Notes under the pieces: model-generated
Database searches by the model: none
Told to the model about the DNA's origin: nothing
Seen by the model: only the letters and a program-made list of their open reading frames with translations
Position numbers and translations under genes: made by a program
Assembly: GCA_963838485.1 (NCBI GenBank)
Contig: CAWIRY010000106.1
Span: forward strand, 8,255-72,254
DNA: 64,000 bases
Reading direction: 5' to 3'
DNA from: an uncultured delta proteobacterium
Lineage (GTDB): Bacteria; Desulfobacterota; RBG-13-43-22
Part shown: piece after piece, positions 10,155 through 22,182 of the stretch
How positions within the stretch are numbered: the first letter of the stretch is position 1
How the letters are laid out: every line of letters begins with the position of its first letter

Positions 10155-10658
10155 TTATAAATCAATATCTTGAGGACTCAGAACCGTAATACCCGCCACG
10201 GAATGAAACCCTTTGTCTTTGGTGGCCAAATAGGAGATCCCCTCTTCTTCCATGATGGTTACGATAATGGAATCGTTGACCATCAGCCCATATCGGATTC
10301 TATTGTTCTGGCTTTTAAGAATGATCGTGGCTGAAATCGGTCTGATTAGAATTCCCATTTGTTCTATCTTTTGGGTATTGGCAAAATAGTCGTGGAGCTG
10401 TTTGATCTTTTCGGGGTGCTTTTTTAACTTATTAACCAGGTTGGGGGGGTTGACCAGCCTTTTATGGACTGCTTCCACCATCATTAACCGGTGTAACACT
10501 TCAAGAATCACATTGGCCGAGGTTACCCCGTTAAACATCCCCGACTCACATTGGCTGAGAAAAAAACTGGATTCGTCCGACACACCGGTAAAATGGTAAA
10601 TAAATATATTGGCATCTATAAAAACCGTTGATTCGGCCTTCAGGCTATCCAGCTTCAT
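10155..10658 (-). CDS. vapC: PIN-domain toxin (VapC-like)
   Basis: 167 aa with an N-terminal FIDANIFIY acidic PIN motif. Overlaps the upstream small gene by 14 nt. Confidence 0.7.
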   Translation of the reverse strand: MKLDSLKAESTVFIDANIFIYHFTGVSDESSFFLSQCESGMFNGVTSANVILEVLHRLMMVEAVHKRLVNPPNLVNKLKKHPEKIKQLHDYFANTQKIEQMGILIRPISATIILKSQNNRIRYGLMVNDSIIVTIMEEEGISYLATKDKGFHSVAGITVLSPQDIDL

Positions 10659-10893
10659 AAACCCCTTCCTCCTCCATGACTCTTTTAAGCTTTTCTCTGG
10701 GGATTTTCATAATGCCTTTGGTAGACTCAACGATCATTTTTTTTCGCTTTGGTTTTTCTATATCTTGGAAATAGGTTTTAAGGGCTTCTTCTATGAGAAG
10801 GTTTAAGGGGATCTTTTGGGCCAGGGCAACTTCCTTGGCCTTAAAAATCAAGTCCTCCTCAACAATAGTTCCTATTTTTTTCTTCAAAGCCAA
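10645..10893 (-). CDS. vapB: Antitoxin (VapB/RHH-like) partner of the PIN toxin
   Basis: 82 aa, placed directly upstream of and overlapping the PIN gene. Contains an LNLLIEEALKTYF ribbon-helix-helix-like segment. Confidence 0.55.
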   Translation of the reverse strand: MALKKKIGTIVEEDLIFKAKEVALAQKIPLNLLIEEALKTYFQDIEKPKRKKMIVESTKGIMKIPREKLKRVMEEEGVYEAG

Positions 10894-11145
10894 TCACCTC
10901 CTCATGAGGGTAATATAGACGTGAAGACCCCGGTTGTCAAGAAATAAAGAACCTGATCTTGAATTCTTGTATTTTTTCTTGATCCAAATTTTGGAAGTCT
11001 GCCTCTTCTTTTCCCCTTATCCCCTTCTATTTGAAAAGTTCAGATCTGCAAAGTCGCTTCTTCTTCAGATGACCGCCTTTGTCACCTTGCCTTTGGCACT
11101 ATTTTTCTCCTTGATCCTGTCTTTTCTTTATTTTATACTCTTCCC

Positions 11146-11343
11146 ATGAAAAGGAAATTCTTGTCAAACATCCCGGTTAACGGCTCTACCGCTCCTGGAA
11201 TCGAAGCGGACGACACGGATCTGTCGCTGCTGGAAGAGAGTCTTCGTTTGACACCCTGGGAAAGAATGCTCGCCAACGACGACGCCTTAAATTTTGCCGA
11301 TTCCCTGCGTGCCGCCATGGAAAGGAGACATGCAGAACCTTAG
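11146..11343 (+). CDS. Small protein (65 aa), upstream partner of the nucleotidyltransferase
   Basis: Overlaps the start of the next gene by 12 nt. The C-terminus carries R-x6-H (RAAMERRH), loosely HEPN-like. Weak call. Confidence 0.3.
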   Translation: MKRKFLSNIPVNGSTAPGIEADDTDLSLLEESLRLTPWERMLANDDALNFADSLRAAMERRHAEP

Positions 11344-11809
11344 CGAACTGGTGCGCCGTTTGATAACAGCGGAAGTCGAATTCGTTCTCGTGGGTGGATT
11401 CGCGGCCGTAGCCCATGGGGTCACCTTGGTCACGCGGGACGTTGATATTTGCTGCCGGTTCACTGAAACCAACCTGATGAGGATTCAGAAGGCATTTGCC
11501 GATCTGCATCCCGTACATAGGTCCAGGACCGATCTTCCGCTGAATCTGACCCCCGAACAGTGCGCGAGACTGAAGAATCTCTATCTAAAAACCGATCTGG
11601 GTTTTGTGGATTGCCTGAGCGAAATTCTGGGCGTGGGCGATTTTGATGAGGTCTTACGGCAGGCGATCGAAGTCGAGCTTCCCTCAGGGAAATGCCGCGT
11701 CCTGGACATTGCTGTGTTGATCAGCGCCAAGGAAGCGATGAACCGCGATCACGATAAAATTGCGGTTAACCAATTGAAGGAAATCAAAAAACGCCAAGCC
11801 AAAAAGTAA
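11332..11809 (+). CDS. Minimal nucleotidyltransferase (Pol-beta-like NTase fold) protein
   Basis: hG[GS]x9-13Dh[DE] motif present as VGGFAAVAHGVTLVTRDVDI. Start MQNLSEL follows the RBS aaggagac. Confidence 0.5.
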
Positions 11810-11921
11810 TATCTACCAAGACTCGAAATGCCCTGTTTTTTTGACTTGACCTATCACTAACTTATTTTATACTCTCTCTCCAGCCAAAAAATAACTAATA
11901 AAACCAAAGGAGGTTTTTATT

Positions 11922-13124
11922 TTGAAAAATCCAAACGATGTCGTTATCGTGGGCGCCGCCCGCACACCCATAGGTAAATTCGGCGAGGCCTTTAAGTCCA
12001 TCAGGGCCCACCAGTTGGCCGCCACCGTCATCACCGAGGTCCTTAAACGAACCCCTATCTCCGGAGATCAATTGGACGATGTCATTCTGGGCGATTGTTG
12101 CCAGTGTCCGGATGAGGCCAATACGGCCCGGACCGCCGCGCTGAAGGCCGGTATCCCGGTCGAGGTGCCTGCAGTCACCATTCAGCGCCAATGCTCTTCG
12201 GCCATGCAGGCCCTGGCCTTCGGGGTCCAACAGATCAAGGCCGGTGATTCCCAAATGGTATTGGCCGGTGGCGTCGAATCCATGAGCTCGGCCCCTTATG
12301 TCCTGATGACCGCCCGATGGGGGGCCCGCTTAACCCACGGCCAGATGACCGATGCCATGTGGGAGATGCTCTTTTCCGGCAGCAACCTCTTGGAAAAAAA
12401 GGGCTACATCATGGGCCAGACCGCTGAGAACCTGGCCGTAAAATATGGAATTTCCCGGGAAGAGCAAGACGTGATTGCCCTGCGCAGCCATAATAACGCT
12501 GAGGCGGCTATAAAGGCCGGGAAATTCAAAGAAGAAATCGTTCCCGTGGCCATCCCCCAAAAAAAGGGCGAACCCCGTCTAATCGATACGGACGAACATG
12601 TGCGTTATGGTTTAACCATGGCCGATCTTTCCCGCTTGGCCCCGGTCTTTAATAAAGAAGGGTCCGTTACGGCCGGCAACTCCTCCGGGCTCAACGACGG
12701 GGCCGCTGCCGTAATCGTCACCTCCCGCGCTCGGGCCAAAGAGCTTGGACTCACCCCTTTGGCCAAAATCGTCGCCCAGGCCGTGGCCGGCGTGGATCCC
12801 AAATATATGGGTTATGGGCCGGTTCCGGCCACGGAAAAGTGCCTGAAAAGGGCCGGCCTGAGCTTAAAGGATATCCAGCTTATCGAAGTCAACGAGGCCT
12901 TCGCCTCCCAATATCTGGCTTGTGAGAAAGGCCTGGGTTTAAATCGGGAAATCACCAACGTCAACGGAAGCGGTATCGGTCTTGGCCATCCCGTGGGGGC
13001 CACCGGCGTTCGGATCATCATTTCACTGATGTATGAAATGATCCGCCGCAACCTGAATGTCGGGCTGGCCACCCTTTGTGTCGGCGGCGGCATGGGCATG
13101 ACTACGATCATGGAAAGGGATTAA
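11922..13124 (+). CDS. Acetyl-CoA C-acetyltransferase (thiolase II)
   Basis: 400 aa with active-site Cys in QCSSAM, plus NEAFASQ and CVGGGMG thiolase signatures. Confidence 0.9.
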   Translation: MKNPNDVVIVGAARTPIGKFGEAFKSIRAHQLAATVITEVLKRTPISGDQLDDVILGDCCQCPDEANTARTAALKAGIPVEVPAVTIQRQCSSAMQALAFGVQQIKAGDSQMVLAGGVESMSSAPYVLMTARWGARLTHGQMTDAMWEMLFSGSNLLEKKGYIMGQTAENLAVKYGISREEQDVIALRSHNNAEAAIKAGKFKEEIVPVAIPQKKGEPRLIDTDEHVRYGLTMADLSRLAPVFNKEGSVTAGNSSGLNDGAAAVIVTSRARAKELGLTPLAKIVAQAVAGVDPKYMGYGPVPATEKCLKRAGLSLKDIQLIEVNEAFASQYLACEKGLGLNREITNVNGSGIGLGHPVGATGVRIIISLMYEMIRRNLNVGLATLCVGGGMGMTTIMERD

Positions 13125-13288
13125 GTCTGATGGCTTCGTAAAAAGTCCACCTGCTGTGTTGCGCGGCATCCTTCGTCGTTGCAGCGTACTTATACGTACG
13201 CCTCACTCCTTAGGATTTGCGCGCCTTGCATCTGAAGCTTTTTACTGTGCCGTCTCTTTGATGACTTTTTACAGGTGGTCAAGAAGGC

Positions 13289-13320
13289 AAAAAAAAGGGC
13301 GGGTTTTATCCCGCCCTTTA
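13289..13320. terminator. Bidirectional rho-independent terminator between the convergent thiolase and NlpC/P60 genes
   Basis: gggcggg-ttttat-cccgccc hairpin (13297-13316) preceded by an A8 run (a U8 tail for the minus-strand transcript) and followed by ttta. Confidence 0.7.
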
Positions 13321-13355
13321 AGTTGGCTGTCGATGGGTTAATAAAAGAAAATCGA

Positions 13356-14216
13356 TTATGGTTCTTTAAATTCCTTAAAGCCGTCTCCCTGGGGGTCTTC
13401 AAGAATAAACAGCCTTTTAGCCATGACAAAATTTCTATTATAATAATCGGAGCCTTTCAGATTGGAGATAACAACCCCCTTTTTGCTGGCCGAATGGATC
13501 ATTTTGCCATCGCCGATATACATTCCCGTATGCCCGATTTGAGCACCCCGCTTCCGTTTAAAAAATAACAAGTCCCCGATCTTCAAGCGACTCAGATCCC
13601 ATTCGGTGGTTACCAGCGATCCCAGCTTGGCCTGCTCCCGGCTGGAGTGGGGCAAGGAAAGGGTCAGGGACTGATAGATCTTTCTCATAAAGCCCGAACA
13701 GTCGATCCCCTGGTTGCCCTGCCCGTTTCCACCGAGACGATAGGACTTACCCAACAATTGTTTGGCTATTTTGACTAAGAGATTGGGAAAGGGGGTCAAA
13801 GAATTCGGGCTATTCTCTTGAGGATCCCCCAACTCCAGCTCTTCCTCAAAGACCGGTTTTTTGATCAGGCTTAAGGACTCCGCTCCTTTATCCATATCAT
13901 TAAAAGAACTATCCATGGGCTCCAAGAGATATTTTCCGTTTTCCAGCGGAGTGATCTTCAATAAGGGAGGGGCATCTTTAGCCGCTGCCGGATTTTCATG
14001 AGCTAGCTGCCTGGTGCTCTTTTTTTTGGCTTTTAAAGATTTTTTAAATTTTTTGTGAGTCTTTTTTTTGGAAGCATATTTTTTTTGAGAAACTTTTTTC
14101 GAGGTGGCGGAGTGATTCTTTTTCGTATAGTTCTTTGAAGGTGCACCAAACACATGCCATGGAAACAACAACAGCAGTGCTATGGTAATAAAGAGATGAC
14201 CCCTTTTTATTATCAT
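13356..14216 (-). CDS. Secreted NlpC/P60-family peptidoglycan endopeptidase
   Basis: N-terminal signal peptide, Lys-rich linker, and a C-terminal NlpC/P60 catalytic Cys/His pair (CSGFMRKIY...HTGMYIGDGKMIHS). Confidence 0.8.
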   Translation of the reverse strand: MIIKRGHLFITIALLLLFPWHVFGAPSKNYTKKNHSATSKKVSQKKYASKKKTHKKFKKSLKAKKKSTRQLAHENPAAAKDAPPLLKITPLENGKYLLEPMDSSFNDMDKGAESLSLIKKPVFEEELELGDPQENSPNSLTPFPNLLVKIAKQLLGKSYRLGGNGQGNQGIDCSGFMRKIYQSLTLSLPHSSREQAKLGSLVTTEWDLSRLKIGDLLFFKRKRGAQIGHTGMYIGDGKMIHSASKKGVVISNLKGSDYYNRNFVMAKRLFILEDPQGDGFKEFKEP

Positions 14217-14534
14217 AGGCCCGTTTCCTTATTTAGATGTTTGTGTGTTTTAATAAAAACGAGCTTATTTCATATCTAAAAATAAATTTTTTGTCAACCC
14301 TTTTTTCACTCCCTATTTTTGAATCTAACTAAAGAAAATAAATTTCACCCAACGAGCCGGGAATCTATACTCTATTTTGTGGTCCTTCCGGCACAGAGCA
14401 CAAGAGATATGGCGCCGTGTGTTTTCTTCCATCCCCAAAAAAAACTTTGTTCCTGGATCACGGTGATAAACCGGTTTAAGGTTCAGAGGGGGAAAAAACC
14501 TTGTGCCTTGGTCCCCGGACCTTAGGTCTTGTCC

Positions 14535-15565
14535 TCATCCTTCAGCTTTTAGATCCCGGGTCATTAAATCCTTGACGGCCTGGCGCGGATCCCGGCCCTC
14601 ATATAATATGCCGTTGATCTTGGAAACGATCGGCATTTCAATCTGTTCTCGCTTGGCCAGTTGATGGGCCGCCCGGGTTGTTTTGATTCCCTCGGCGACC
14701 ATGGTCATGGTGGAAAGAATAGCCGATAGTTTTTCCCCTTGCCCCAGGCGAAGGCCCACGGTACGGTTTCGGCTCTTAGGTCGCCGGTACAGGTTAAAAC
14801 CAAATCTCCGATTCCGGCCAGTCCAAAAAAGGTCGGCCTTCGGGCCCCCATTTTTTCCCCCAGGCGGCAGATCTCTGCCAAGCCGCGGGTAATCAAGGCG
14901 GCTCGCGTATTATGGCCAAAGCCCAATCCATCGGAAATCCCTGCGGCCAGGGCGATCACATTTTTCAGGGCCCCCCCCAATTCCACTCCCAATAAATCCA
15001 GATTGGTGTAGACCCGGAAGAAGCGGTTGGAGAAAAACCGTTGGGCTGTTACGGCGGTATTTTCCTCATTCGAAGCCAGGGTGACCGCGGTAGGCAGTTC
15101 CCGGGAAACTTCCTTGGCAAAGGTGGGGCCGGAAAGACACCCGATGCCGGAATGATATTCCGGACCCAACACCTCCTTAAGAACTCCGGACATGGTCAAC
15201 AAGGTCTCATTTTCAATCCCTTTGGTGGCTGAGATCCACAGACATCCTTGATTGACCAGAGAAAGGAAGTCCCTTATTTGCTTCAAGACACCCCGAAAAA
15301 AATGCGATGGAGCCGCCAGGATCAGCATATCTTTTTGATGCACGGCCTCCCGAAGCTCTGTGGTGGCTTCGATGGAGTCCGGAAGAATCACCCCGGGCAA
15401 AAAATTCTTATTCTCCCGATCCCTGCTGATCTGATCGGCTGTGGCCTCTTCATAAGACCATAGATGGACCGGGTAGCCGTTACCGGCCAATAACCAGGCC
15501 AGGGCCGTCCCCCAACTTCCGGCCCCGATGACCCCGATGCTCGGGACTTTTTTATTCCGGGTCAC
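14535..15565 (-). pseudogene. gpsA: NAD(P)H-dependent glycerol-3-phosphate dehydrogenase GpsA, split by a frameshift near 14750-14770
   Basis: N-terminal GVIGAGSWGTALA Rossmann motif; the ORF 14705-15565 ends ...DLVLTCTGDL. The conserved continuation SRNRTVGLRLGQG...EMPI is in another frame (ORF 14535-14759). Relative to the expected sequence there is an extra AG dinucleotide within ctaagagccg. Confidence 0.8.
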
Positions 15566-17999
15566 CGTTCTCCTCTTCCTTAGTCGCGGAACGGGCCACG
15601 CCGACCACCTTTTCCTGATCTTCCAGATTGATCAATCTGACCCCCTGGGTATTTCTCCCGATCACCGAGAGGTCCTTGACCCTCAACCGAATAATTTTGC
15701 CCCGATCAGTAATAATCATCAGATCGTCTTCATCGGCAACCTGCAAGACCCCCACCACCGGTCCGTTTCTATTCGTGGTTTTAATGGTGATGATCCCTTT
15801 ACCGGCCCGGCCTTGTTCCCGATACTCCTCCGTCCTGGTCCGCTTGCCGAATCCGTTTTCCGTGACCGTCAGGATGGTCCCTTCCTGGGATAAGACCTCG
15901 GCGCCCACGACCCAATCAGACGGGCTCAAACGGATCCCCTTTACCCCCTGGGCCAATCGTCCCATCTCCCGGATATCCTTTTCCTTAAAGCGGATGGACA
16001 GGCCGTCTCGAGTCCCGAGAAAAATGTCCTGCTCTCCATGGGTGACATCGGCGGCCATCAGTTCGTCTCCTTCCTGGATGATGGTGGCGATGATCCCGCC
16101 CGACCTGGGCCGGCTGAAAGACATCAGGTCGGTCTTTTTGATCATCCCCTTGCGGGTCACCATGATGACCGATTTCCCCTCTTCAAAGGAGCGTACCGAC
16201 AGGATAGTGGCCACTTTTTCCTGGGGCTGGAGATTCAAGACATTGACCATGGCCTTGCCCCGGGCCAGCCGTCCGGCCTGGGGGATCTCGTGGACTTTCA
16301 ACCAGTAGAGCCTCCCCAGATTGGTAAAGAACAGAAAATAATCATGGGTGGAGGCGATAAAGAGGTGCTCCACAAAATCATCTTCCTTGGTCTCCATGCC
16401 GGTGATGCCCCGACCGCCCCTTCTTTGACTGCGGTAGAGACTGATGGGGTTCCTTTTGATATAACCGCCGTGGGAAATCGTCACGGCCATGTCTTCTTCG
16501 ACGATCAGGTCCTCAAGCTCGATCTCGGTGGTATCCTCGATAATCTCGGTGCGTCGCTCATCGCCATAGCGTTTTTTAAGCTCCGTCAATTCCTCCCGGA
16601 TTAATTGCAGGATCAGGGCCTCGCTGGCCAGAAGGGCCTTCAGCCGTTCGATGGTCTTGAGGACTTCCTTATAATCCTGAATAATTTTTTCCCTTTCCAG
16701 ATTGGTCAATCTTTGCAAACGCATCTCCAAGATGGATTGGGCCTGAATTTCGGAAAAGGTAAACCGGCTGATCAATTGGGTCTTGGCCTCGGCCGGATTT
16801 TTGGCCTTGCGGATCAAGGCGATCACCTCATCCAGGTTGTCCAGGGCAATCTTCAGCCCTTCCAGGATATGGGCTTTTCTTTCCGCTTCTTTCAATTCGA
16901 AGATCGTTCGTTTTCGAATGATCTCTTTACGGAATTCCAGAAAATGGCCCAGGATGGTTTTCAGGTCCATGATCTTGGGCCGGTTATTGACGATAGCCAG
17001 GAAGATGATCCCGAAGGTGACTTCCATGGAGGTGAATTTATAGAGCTGGTTCAGGATGATTTCCACCACTTCGTCTCTTTTCAGGTCGATGACGATGCGC
17101 ATCCCTTCCCGGTCGGATTCGTCCCGTATATCCTGGATGCCTTCTATCCTCTTTTCCTTGACCAGCTCGGCAATTTTTTCAATCAACCTGGCCTTGTTCA
17201 CCTGGTAGGGCAATTCGGTGACGACGATACTTTCCCGGCCCTGGGCCTTCTTTTTTTCGATCAAGGCCCTGGCCCTCAGCTTGATAATGCCCCGTCCGGT
17301 CCGGTAGGCCTGATAAATCCCGCCACTTCCGTAAATAAAGCCGGCAGTCGGAAAATCAGGGCCGGGAATCAATCGGATCAATTCCTCAAAGGAAAGATCG
17401 GGATTATCGATCAGGGCCAGGATTCCCGCGACGACCTCGGATAGATTATGGGGCGGTATATTGGTGGCCATGCCCACGGCGATCCCGGAAGAACCGTTGA
17501 TCAGGAGGTTGGGGACCTGGGTGGGGAGAATGGACGGCTCATTTAAAGAACCGTCATAGTTGGGCAAAAAGTCAACGGTCTCTTTATCTAAATCCTCCAG
17601 GAATTCATGGGCCAGGCGGGTCATGCGGATTTCGGTGTAACGCATGGCCGCCGGAGAATCTCCGTCCACGGAACCAAAATTGCCCTGGCCATCCACCAGA
17701 GGATAACGGAGGGAAAAATCCTGGGCCATCCGCACGATGGTATCGTAGACCGCCGTGTCTCCGTGGGGGTGGTATTTACCGATCACATCCCCGACAATAC
17801 GGGCCGATTTTTTATAGGCCTTATTATAGTCGTTGCCCAATTCCCGCATGGAATAAAGGACGCGGCGGTGCACCGGTTTCAGTCCGTCCCGGATATCCGG
17901 TAAGGCCCGTCCGATGATGACGCTCATGGCATAATCCATGTAGGAGCGCTTGATTTCGTCTTCGATGTTGGCCGGCAGTTCTTGAGAGACTAAAGTCAT
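15552..17999 (-). CDS. gyrA: DNA gyrase subunit A
   Basis: 815 aa, with the GyrA N-terminal/active-site region (…[27 protein letters not shown]…) and beta-pinwheel C-terminal repeats. Confidence 0.95.
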   Translation of the reverse strand: MTLVSQELPANIEDEIKRSYMDYAMSVIIGRALPDIRDGLKPVHRRVLYSMRELGNDYNKAYKKSARIVGDVIGKYHPHGDTAVYDTIVRMAQDFSLRYPLVDGQGNFGSVDGDSPAAMRYTEIRMTRLAHEFLEDLDKETVDFLPNYDGSLNEPSILPTQVPNLLINGSSGIAVGMATNIPPHNLSEVVAGILALIDNPDLSFEELIRLIPGPDFPTAGFIYGSGGIYQAYRTGRGIIKLRARALIEKKKAQGRESIVVTELPYQVNKARLIEKIAELVKEKRIEGIQDIRDESDREGMRIVIDLKRDEVVEIILNQLYKFTSMEVTFGIIFLAIVNNRPKIMDLKTILGHFLEFRKEIIRKRTIFELKEAERKAHILEGLKIALDNLDEVIALIRKAKNPAEAKTQLISRFTFSEIQAQSILEMRLQRLTNLEREKIIQDYKEVLKTIERLKALLASEALILQLIREELTELKKRYGDERRTEIIEDTTEIELEDLIVEEDMAVTISHGGYIKRNPISLYRSQRRGGRGITGMETKEDDFVEHLFIASTHDYFLFFTNLGRLYWLKVHEIPQAGRLARGKAMVNVLNLQPQEKVATILSVRSFEEGKSVIMVTRKGMIKKTDLMSFSRPRSGGIIATIIQEGDELMAADVTHGEQDIFLGTRDGLSIRFKEKDIREMGRLAQGVKGIRLSPSDWVVGAEVLSQEGTILTVTENGFGKRTRTEEYREQGRAGKGIITIKTTNRNGPVVGVLQVADEDDLMIITDRGKIIRLRVKDLSVIGRNTQGVRLINLEDQEKVVGVARSATKEEENGDPE

Positions 18000-18012
18000 A
18001 AAAATCCTTTTA

Positions 18013-18094
18013 GGGTTCCAGGGTTCGTGGATTCACGGGGTCCAGTGAAAGACAAAAACCACTCGAACCCTTGGCCCCTTGAATCCTGGAACCC
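18013..18094. repeat. REP-like palindromic element in the gyrB-gyrA intercistronic spacer
   Basis: gggttccagg at the left end pairs with cctggaaccc at the right end; an inner near-palindrome ggattcacggggtcc/ggccccttgaatcc is also present. Shares the core GGGGTCCAG...TGAAAGAC with the element at 28871-28942. Confidence 0.55.
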
Positions 18095-18102
18095 TCTTTT
18101 TC

Positions 18103-20511
<2,409 letters not shown>

Positions 20512-20622
20512 TTAAAAACCCGTGCTCTTTAAGTTTCTCGGGTTTTCAATTAAAAATGGTTGAACTTTTACTTTTTTAAATTTTTTATGGATATGTTTAT
20601 GCGTATTGGCAAAAGGTGGGGA

Positions 20623-21768
20623 TTACTGAATTTCCCCTGATTCTTCCATAAGTTTCATCGGCATGATCAAGGCCATAAATCCCGGATCATGAAGACCGCT
20701 TAAAACAGCCGGGCTCACCGAATCATTTAATTCCAGGATAATGGTTTCGCTCTCCATGACCTGAAGGGCGTCAATAAAAAACCGGGCATTGAATCCTATT
20801 TCCAGTTTACCCCCTTTATACTCCAGAGATAAATTTTCCTTAGCATCACCAATATCCGGATTCACTGATTGAATTTCTAAATTTCCTTTGGTCAGGGAAA
20901 ATTTGACCCCCTTATATTTGTCCGTGGATAAGATGGCCATTCTTTTCATGGTATTGATTAAATCATTTTTAGAAAAATTGATTGATATATCTTTCTTCTT
21001 AGGCAATACCAGATTATAATCCGGAAAATTACTTTCCAATAAACGCATGATCATCAACGTCTCATCTCTTTTAAAAACTCCAAAGTTATCTTTAAACCCG
21101 ATTTGAACCAATCCCGGTTTTTCCAAAATCTTTAATAATTCGCTCACCGCTTTTCTCGGCAGCAGGACCCCTTTATCAAAAAGACCTTCTTCCAATTTTT
21201 CAACAGGCTTGTCAACCAGAGTCAACCGGTGTCCATCGGTAGAAACCATCCGCAGAAAAAATTTTTCATCTTTTGTCCGGTATTCAAAATAGATTCCCGC
21301 TAAATTATAACGTCCTTCATCTAAGGAGACCGAGATAATCGCTTTTTGGATCATTTCCCTTAATACGGATCCATCCAAGGTCATGGTCTTGATGATTTCG
21401 GCATCCGGTAAAGGGGGATAATCCGCCGCCGGGAGTCCTACAATATTAAATTGGGCCCCTTTACTGGATATTAATAATCGATTATTTTCCTTAAGCTTTA
21501 AATAAATTTCCTCATCGGGAAGCTCTCTGACGATTTCATAAAATTTTCTAGCCAGGATAGAAATACCTCCGGGATTGATTATTTGTGCCGGGCATTTTAA
21601 CTGGATTCCCACTTGTAAATCAGTGGCCACTACCCGGACCCCTTCCCCGTTGGTTTCGATCAGAACATTGGAGAGAATGGGCATGGAACTTCTTTTTTCT
21701 ACTATCCCTTGAGCTGTTTGTAAGACATCCAAGAGAGATTGTTTGGGTATGGTCAATTCCATAGACAT
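20623..21768 (-). CDS. dnaN: DNA polymerase III beta sliding clamp
   Basis: 381 aa with three-domain clamp architecture, sitting upstream of gyrB. Confidence 0.9.
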   Translation of the reverse strand: MSMELTIPKQSLLDVLQTAQGIVEKRSSMPILSNVLIETNGEGVRVVATDLQVGIQLKCPAQIINPGGISILARKFYEIVRELPDEEIYLKLKENNRLLISSKGAQFNIVGLPAADYPPLPDAEIIKTMTLDGSVLREMIQKAIISVSLDEGRYNLAGIYFEYRTKDEKFFLRMVSTDGHRLTLVDKPVEKLEEGLFDKGVLLPRKAVSELLKILEKPGLVQIGFKDNFGVFKRDETLMIMRLLESNFPDYNLVLPKKKDISINFSKNDLINTMKRMAILSTDKYKGVKFSLTKGNLEIQSVNPDIGDAKENLSLEYKGGKLEIGFNARFFIDALQVMESETIILELNDSVSPAVLSGLHDPGFMALIMPMKLMEESGEIQ

Positions 21769-22182
21769 TCTCCTTTTATTTTTCTGATTATTGTTATTAA
21801 GTTTTTTTAAAAAAGAATATTAGTTATAATAAATAGGGTTCATATCGAGAATAACAAAAATATCTTTTTGAAATAATTAATTAAAGAATAGATAAAGCCT
21901 TTTTAATCAGTGTTTAATAACGCCTGAATAACTTAAAAATATAAACTTGCCGGAAAGGAAAGAACAAAGATTTCCCTGTTTTTATTCAGTTAATTCATCT
22001 TTTTAAAAAATTAGATAATTTACTGATTCCTCAAAGAAACTGGTCAAATACTTAATATAAGAAAAAAAAAATAAAAGCAACTTAAAAGTAGACTGTTAAA
22101 GGAATACCGTTGATAACTTTACCTATTTCCTTGACAAAAACGAGAAGGTCTTTTAAGGAAGGGTGGCAAAGGACGAAATATA
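21769..22182. promoter_or_regulatory. AT-rich (about 75% AT) spacer at the gene-orientation switch; candidate replication origin and DNA-unwinding region
   Basis: Minus-strand dnaN/gyrB/gyrA lie to the left and a run of plus-strand genes to the right. The extreme AT bias contrasts with about 55% GC elsewhere. No canonical TTATCCACA DnaA box was seen and dnaA is not adjacent. Confidence 0.4.

Noticed and set aside
10934-11149. 71-aa hydrophobic ORF upstream of vapB
   Set aside because: Pyrimidine-tract low-complexity translation (LFFSLILSFLYFILFP) of a promoter region with CTTGA direct repeats. No RBS or gene-like features.
15628-17444. Long antisense ORFs (226, 188, 279 aa) on the plus strand inside gyrA
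   Set aside because: They lie entirely within the strongly supported gyrA coding region, and their products are low-complexity (Pro/Gly/Asp-rich). This is typical mirror-frame artefact in GC-rich genes.
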